Of a stretch of 64,000 nt of DNA, positions 58,777-64,000 are shown one piece after another. The position numbers were made by a program, and so were the translations under genes. Within the stretch, counting starts at the first letter, position 1, and every line of letters begins with the position of its first letter. The notes under the pieces are model-generated. The model was not told where the DNA came from and ran no database searches. It was given only the letters and a program-made list of their open reading frames with translations. Source of the DNA: Gammaproteobacteria bacterium (GTDB lineage: Bacteria; Pseudomonadota; Gammaproteobacteria; Eutrophobiales; Eutrophobiaceae); assembly GCA_965116495.1 (NCBI GenBank), contig OZ220696.1:1504001-1568000 (forward strand), in the 5' to 3' direction.

Positions 58777-60608
58777 TCCAGCACCTTCTTTTCCAGTTCC
58801 AGGCTGCTTTCTTCCAAGGCCAGGATATCGGCCTTGATCTCGGCCAGAGAGCGCAGAGGTTTGAACTCGTAAAAGTATTTGGTGAAGTTAATCTCATAGC
58901 CCGTTTTAGTCTTGCTCTCGTCAATCCAAGCATCGGGAAGATGTGGTTTGACCTCGTGCTGGAAATATTCATCGATGCTTTGCGGGATCAATTTACCGCC
59001 AGCATCTTCAGGGTCTTTTCGCAAAAACGGAATGTTCTCGTAGTCCCTCAGGCTGGTATCCGCTTTGGGTGAGCCGTCACGCCCGGTGACAATGGCGCCG
59101 TTTTCATCTTTTTGTGGTCGCTCAACCACCACGCGCCAGTAGCCAAAAAATTCATTCGGCAGGATCTTCACGAAATCGTTTTCTGCAAAATCGCCATAGA
59201 GTCTGGTGATAAAGCCGATCCCTTTAGCTTCGCCGTTTTCTGCTACCTGCTTGCGTTTGTTGCCCAGTGAACGCGGCATTCTCTCCCAGAAGCGGTTGAA
59301 ACTGCGTTCGCCGGATTGCATCAGTTCTTCATCCTTGTTGCCGGTGGCGTTGATCAGTTGTAACTTGCCTTTGCGCTCGGCGCTTTTGTGGTTGTTCAGT
59401 ATCCAGACGTAGGTGGAAATGCCGGTATTGTAGAACAGTTGATCCGGCAGGGCGATAATCGCTTCCAGCCAGTCGTTTTCGATAATCCACTGACGGATGT
59501 TGCTCTCGCCGCTGCCGGCCTGGCCGGTAAACAGGGGAGAACCGTTAAAGACAATCCCGATACGACTGCCGCCAGGTTCTTCCGGTTTCCGTGGCGGGGG
59601 TTTCGTTTTGCTGATCATGTGCTGCAAGAACAGTAACGAACCGTCATTAATGCGCGGCAACCCTGCGCCGAAACGTCCGGCATGGCCTTGGTTGTCGTGT
59701 TCGTCGGCAATGATTTTTTTTGCTTTTTTCCAGTCCACGCCAAAGGGTGGATTGGACAGCATGTAATCAAACCGTTCATCCCGCAGACCATCTATCGTAA
59801 ATGTATTGCCGAACTTGATATTGGCGGGGTTTTGCCCCTTGATCAGCATGTCGGATTTGCAGATGGCGTAGGACTCCGGGTTGATCTCCTGGCCGAACAC
59901 CTCCAGCCTGGCGTCAGGGTTGAACTCCTTGAGGCGCTGTTCGCCGATGGAGAGCATGCCGCCGGTGCCGCAGGCAGGATCGTAGAGTGTTTTGACGATA
60001 CCGGCCTGGGTCAGTGATTGGCTGTCCGCGTTGAACAGCACGTTCACCATCAGTTTGATCACCTCTCTGGGGGTGAAATGCTCCCCGGCCGTCTCGTTGG
60101 ATTGTTCCGCAAAGCGCCGGATCAAGTCTTCAAACACATAGCCCATTTGCATGGAATCCATCCCGGCCAGATCAATCCCGGCAAACCTCTTTACCACCTG
60201 AAACAGGATATCCGCCTTGGGATCATCCATGCGTTCAATCTGGTCATCAAAGTTGAAATACTCAATAATCTCCCGGGCCGAAGCCGAATAGCCATTGATA
60301 TGGTTGCGCAGGTTGGCCGCCACGTGGTTGGGGTCAGCCACGATTTTTGCAAAATCAAACGGGCTGCGGTTATGGAAATTGACCCCGGCAATTTTGTTCA
60401 AGGTGAGGTCTTTGGCGCTGTCGGAGAATTTTTCCACCCGGGGCAAATAATCAAGGACTTTTTGTTTGGTGGGCGCCAGCACGCAATCCAGACGGCGTAA
60501 CACCGTCATCGGCAGGATAACCTTGCCATAATCAGACTGCTTGTAATCACCGCGCAACAGGTCAGCCACATCCCAGATAAGGTTGGCTTTATCCTTGAAA
60601 TCTGTCAT
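58773..60608 (-). CDS. hsdM: Type I R-M methyltransferase subunit M
   Basis: GEHFTPREV, YDPACGTGGML, NPPF. Confidence 0.95.
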   Translation of the reverse strand: MTDFKDKANLIWDVADLLRGDYKQSDYGKVILPMTVLRRLDCVLAPTKQKVLDYLPRVEKFSDSAKDLTLNKIAGVNFHNRSPFDFAKIVADPNHVAANLRNHINGYSASAREIIEYFNFDDQIERMDDPKADILFQVVKRFAGIDLAGMDSMQMGYVFEDLIRRFAEQSNETAGEHFTPREVIKLMVNVLFNADSQSLTQAGIVKTLYDPACGTGGMLSIGEQRLKEFNPDARLEVFGQEINPESYAICKSDMLIKGQNPANIKFGNTFTIDGLRDERFDYMLSNPPFGVDWKKAKKIIADEHDNQGHAGRFGAGLPRINDGSLLFLQHMISKTKPPPRKPEEPGGSRIGIVFNGSPLFTGQAGSGESNIRQWIIENDWLEAIIALPDQLFYNTGISTYVWILNNHKSAERKGKLQLINATGNKDEELMQSGERSFNRFWERMPRSLGNKRKQVAENGEAKGIGFITRLYGDFAENDFVKILPNEFFGYWRVVVERPQKDENGAIVTGRDGSPKADTSLRDYENIPFLRKDPEDAGGKLIPQSIDEYFQHEVKPHLPDAWIDESKTKTGYEINFTKYFYEFKPLRSLAEIKADILALEESSLELEKKVLE

Positions 60609-60817
60609 TTACGCTCCGGTTTGAAATTGTTTTGCGCGTGGGACCCTTCATGATTATACATCTCCCGCCAATGTTCAATCCTGGCGCAACAGCCCGTGAG
60701 ATGACTCTGTCAAACCCTACGAGGGGATGGTCCCGTTGTTATGGATGAGTCCTTACCAATAAGGGTGAGTATTTGATTTCCAGTTTCTGGTCAATTTTCT
60801 GGTAATGGATATGCGGT

Positions 60818-61147
60818 TCAGTACGCAAATAATTCCTGGAGGCGCCTGCACGACTCCTTCCGGGTGGTCTCATCAATAACACCCAGTTTTTTTACTAACC
60901 GTGATTTATCAACCGCCCTGATTTGATCAAGGAGGATCATCCCTTCCTTCCCTTGAAATTCACACCTTACGCGACAGGGCAAATGAAAACTCTTTGTTGT
61001 CATCGGAGCTACCAGCACAGTAGATAAGGCTGCCATTTCATCGGGTGAAATCACGATACATGGCCTTGTTTTGCTGATTTCCCTGCCCTTGGTCGGATTA
61101 AGCTTGACGAGCCAGACTTCGAAGCGGGCAACTTCCGGGATTACCAT
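60818..61147 (-). CDS. mazF: PemK/MazF-family toxin
   Basis: L.PT.G.EI.KTRPC.VISP, APMT, DQIRAVDK.RL. Confidence 0.92.
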   Translation of the reverse strand: MVIPEVARFEVWLVKLNPTKGREISKTRPCIVISPDEMAALSTVLVAPMTTKSFHLPCRVRCEFQGKEGMILLDQIRAVDKSRLVKKLGVIDETTRKESCRRLQELFAY

Positions 61148-61413
61148 TCCAATTCTTCATCGGATGTTAATGTTGCATCCAGCCATTCATTATCTATTGC
61201 CTCAACACCGTGTACAGCTATTGCCGCCTCAATGGATTCTTTCCAGCCTTCCCTTGCCCTCTTGTTTGGAGTAACCAGGAGGCCATTGCTGACTACCTGT
61301 AATTTAAGCTCTCTTCCTTCCAACTGAGCCTGTTCTACGAGTGGTTTCGGAATTCTGATGCCCTGCGAATTACCAATTTTGACCAAGTGAGCCATGATCG
61401 TGACCTTGTACAT
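61141..61413 (-). CDS. mazE: AbrB/MazE-family antitoxin
   Basis: KIGNSQGIRIPK; overlaps the toxin start; true start may be the second Met. Confidence 0.9.
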   Translation of the reverse strand: MYKVTIMAHLVKIGNSQGIRIPKPLVEQAQLEGRELKLQVVSNGLLVTPNKRAREGWKESIEAAIAVHGVEAIDNEWLDATLTSDEELEW

Positions 61414-61466
61414 TAAACGATTTTAAGTAAGCATAATGTAATTACATCCGGCGTTCAAGAGTTAGC

Positions 61467-61549
61467 AGAAAAGGGGACAGATTTATTTTTCAGTATAATG
61501 GAGTGCAGCTCTGGAATGGCCTGGAAAAAATAAATCTGTCCCCTTTTCT
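61467..61549. repeat. 24-bp inverted repeat element (GGGGACAGATTTATT family)
   Basis: AGAAAAGGGGACAGATTTATTTTT ... AAAAATAAATCTGTCCCCTTTTCT. Confidence 0.8.
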
Positions 61550-61550
61550 T

Positions 61551-63572
61551 TTAATACCGATACTCAAACCCTGCCCCGGTCTTGAAGTCTGAATCATAGC
61601 CGGCGGTGATGGCCATTTTCTTGTTGATTTCATAAGACAGTATCACCCGGTACTCATCTTCGGTATTCCAGTTCCAGTCAAATCGAAGCCGGTTCGTCAA
61701 CTGCAGGGCGCTTTCCAGCTCCAGGCGAACATGGCCGGTGCTGTCGAAGCGCAACTCTGAATCGATCAACAGCGGCAACGTGTAATTGATACCTGCTATC
61801 GCCAGGTCGTCGGTCTCGCCTTCGTCCCGTTCAAAGTTGGCGCCCGCAAACAGTAATAAGAAGCGTGTTATCTGTCGTTGGTAGCTGACCTCAACATCGT
61901 ATTCAGCGTCGTAATCGTAGTCATACTCCACCTCAACACCATTGCGCCGGTTGTACGCCCATAACCGCCCGGCCATCATGTGGGATTGAAACGACGTATC
62001 CGCAAAGCGATACCAGGGATTACCGTTTTCAACGTGATACCGGTAGAACCTCGAGTTGCGATAATCATCCCCTGCGGCAGGCACATAACTCACCACCCGC
62101 GCCATGCCGCTCTTCATGTGATACAGGTTGTGGCAATGGAAAAACCAGTCCTTTTCCTCATCGGCGGCGAACTCAATAATGACCGTATCCAGCGGCGGCA
62201 CGTTCACCGTGTGTTTTAACGGCGCGTAATCATGCTCACCATTCAGTACCCGGAAGAAATGGCCATGCAAATGGATGGGATGGTGCATCATCGTCTCGTT
62301 GATTAACCTGAAACGGACGACTTCACCCTTTTTAATCCTGATCTTGTCAACTTCGGTCAGGGTTTTATCATCAAACGACCAGGTATATCTTTCCATAGTA
62401 CCGGTCAGGCGCAGGGGTATTTCCCTGGTTTTCCGTTCCGCATCGAACGACGTCGGGGTTTTCGCCCTCAAACCGGCATATTCACTGGTGCCGTGCATGG
62501 AACCATGCCGGTCAGCGTGAACTACCCTGCCGCGCCTGCGACTATGGCTTGCGTGCCCCACCAGGTAAAGATTGGGTTTTGGCGCGGGGATAACGGAAAC
62601 CGGTTCACCCGAACCCAGGTACCAGGACGCATACCCCGAGCCGTCTTCCGCCGTTGCCCGCACCTCATAGCGTCTGCCGGCGCGGATATCTACGACCACG
62701 TCATAGGTTTCAGCGGTTGCCAGCCGCAACCTCTCCACCGCCCTCTCCACGACGGGCACGCCGTCCGCCTCTATCATGGTCATGTCGCCGCCGCTGAACT
62801 CGACGTGGAAATAACTGGATGCCGAAGCATTGATGATCCTGAGCCTGAGCCTCTCGCCCGGTTTGATTTCAGTATTATGCAGGCTTTGTTTTCCATTGAT
62901 CAGGAACGCGTCGTAACCTACATCGGACAGGTCCATGGGACCCATACGTATCAAGGCGCCGTTGATCCTGTTTTTCAGCGCCTGCCTGCCGTTTCGAAAA
63001 ACACCCTGCCAGGACTGGACGGTATTTTTTTTCAGCGCATAATAATCGTCTTCACGCTTGAGGTTCCTCAGCACCGTTCCCGGGTGTTCATCGGTCCAGT
63101 CCGACAGGACCAGGACCAGTTCCTTATCGTAATAATATGTCTCTGCCGGGTCGCGGAACACCAGCGCGCCGTAAAGCCCCCGTTGCTCCTGCAATCCGGT
63201 GTGGGCGTGATACCAGTAGGTGCCGGAATGGGTAACGGGATACTCAAAGGTCAACGATCCTCCGGCTGCTATGGGCGGTGTCGTCAGGTATGGTACGCCA
63301 TCCTGGTCGTTCGGCAGGAGAACGCCATGCCAGTGAATGGAGGTCTCCACGTCCATCCGGTTGTTAAAGGTAACTCTTAGCGTGTCATTCAGGTTTGCCT
63401 GTATGGTCGGGCCGGGAATGTTGCCGTCGATCACCATGGCAGGCACCCGTTTGCCGGTAATATTGACATCCAGGTAGTCAATATCAAACTCATAACTGAC
63501 CATCTCAGCCATACTCCAGCCCGGTACGGACAGGATGTGCCACAGCAGTGCTGATAACAAAAACTTGTGCAT
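61551..63572 (-). CDS. Multicopper oxidase (CopA/PcoA-like) with C-terminal beta-barrel-like extension
   Basis: HWHG, WYHAH, HPIHLHGH, HCHNLYHM; last ~160 aa are aromatic amphipathic strands ending YRY. Confidence 0.92.
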   Translation of the reverse strand: MHKFLLSALLWHILSVPGWSMAEMVSYEFDIDYLDVNITGKRVPAMVIDGNIPGPTIQANLNDTLRVTFNNRMDVETSIHWHGVLLPNDQDGVPYLTTPPIAAGGSLTFEYPVTHSGTYWYHAHTGLQEQRGLYGALVFRDPAETYYYDKELVLVLSDWTDEHPGTVLRNLKREDDYYALKKNTVQSWQGVFRNGRQALKNRINGALIRMGPMDLSDVGYDAFLINGKQSLHNTEIKPGERLRLRIINASASSYFHVEFSGGDMTMIEADGVPVVERAVERLRLATAETYDVVVDIRAGRRYEVRATAEDGSGYASWYLGSGEPVSVIPAPKPNLYLVGHASHSRRRGRVVHADRHGSMHGTSEYAGLRAKTPTSFDAERKTREIPLRLTGTMERYTWSFDDKTLTEVDKIRIKKGEVVRFRLINETMMHHPIHLHGHFFRVLNGEHDYAPLKHTVNVPPLDTVIIEFAADEEKDWFFHCHNLYHMKSGMARVVSYVPAAGDDYRNSRFYRYHVENGNPWYRFADTSFQSHMMAGRLWAYNRRNGVEVEYDYDYDAEYDVEVSYQRQITRFLLLFAGANFERDEGETDDLAIAGINYTLPLLIDSELRFDSTGHVRLELESALQLTNRLRFDWNWNTEDEYRVILSYEINKKMAITAGYDSDFKTGAGFEYRY

Positions 63573-63690
63573 AAATAATGTCCCCGTATAGGTAACAGGT
63601 TGACCTCTTGCGCAAAAGCCATACAGGATTGAACCGGCGTTTCTCCCGCAAGGGATACGCGTTCGGAACTTCTCTATTCAGACAGACGGA

Positions 63691-63999
63691 CTACGGGTGA
63701 AGTTTTGGGGGATGGAAAATAGCGTCCGGACGGGAATATAGATAGGCGGTAACGGAGTAGGCAATAAGCGTGCTATTGATATTCGGCCCGCTGCCACCAA
63801 GTTGGAACATGGCAGAAAAGCCCGTGCCGATACAGCAATGCCGGGCATCGCAGGATTCAGTTGAATTGGTTTCGCCGGCCTGTGCCTGGTGGCAATCGTC
63901 CGTGACTTCAGCGATGTCTTCCCGGCTTTCCAACCGGGAGTTGTCCCGGGATGTCTGGGAACAAAATTCAAACACGCCTGCAGGGACCTGGAAGACGAG
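63691..63999 (-). CDS. Small Cys/His-rich putative metal-binding protein (CopL-like; 5' end outside window)
   Basis: Frame open to the window edge with hydrophobic LVFQVPAG; DCH...C..HCC; C-terminal HPP; upstream of the copper oxidase. Confidence 0.55.
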   Translation of the reverse strand, partial: LVFQVPAGVFEFCSQTSRDNSRLESREDIAEVTDDCHQAQAGETNSTESCDARHCCIGTGFSAMFQLGGSGPNINSTLIAYSVTAYLYSRPDAIFHPPKLHP

Positions 64000-64000
64000 T

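Noticed and set aside
60609-60817. ncRNA between hsdM and mazF
   Set aside because: No recognisable RNA family or convincing structure.

Overview
A 64-kb accessory region of a GC-rich bacterium. It looks like a marine gammaproteobacterium and may be host-associated (inferred from gene content only). No rRNA, tRNA or CRISPR array was seen. From left to right it contains: (1) the end of a TonB receptor, two TPR-sulfotransferases, an Asp/Asn beta-hydroxylase and a family-2 sulfotransferase, next to a GlxA regulator and two BCCT transporters; (2) an RTX-type Ca-binding protein and an orphan TupA; (3) a co-oriented minus-strand run: vanadium haloperoxidase, porin, TonB receptor, glyoxalase I, a close homologue of acetylacetone dioxygenase Dke1, and a GcvT-family dehydrogenase; (4) internally deleted rpe and trpG; (5) amine and betaine catabolic genes (SpdH-like oxidoreductase, omega-aminotransferase, two Rieske oxygenases, homocysteine methyltransferase, a second GcvT protein, CocE hydrolase, SSS and MFS transporters); (6) a defence island (type I R-M with an inserted DUF262/DUF1524 gene, HigA, MazEF) and a multicopper oxidase. 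The window is dense in small repeats. A four-helix-bundle gene is bracketed by inverted heptamer arrays, with a geneless copy nearby. REP-like palindromes are inserted in frame in both sulfotransferases. The best candidates for an undescribed system are the heptamer/four-helix-bundle cassette and the beta-diketone module (Dke1-GloA-TonB, possibly with the haloperoxidase). All family assignments come from motif recognition, not database searches.
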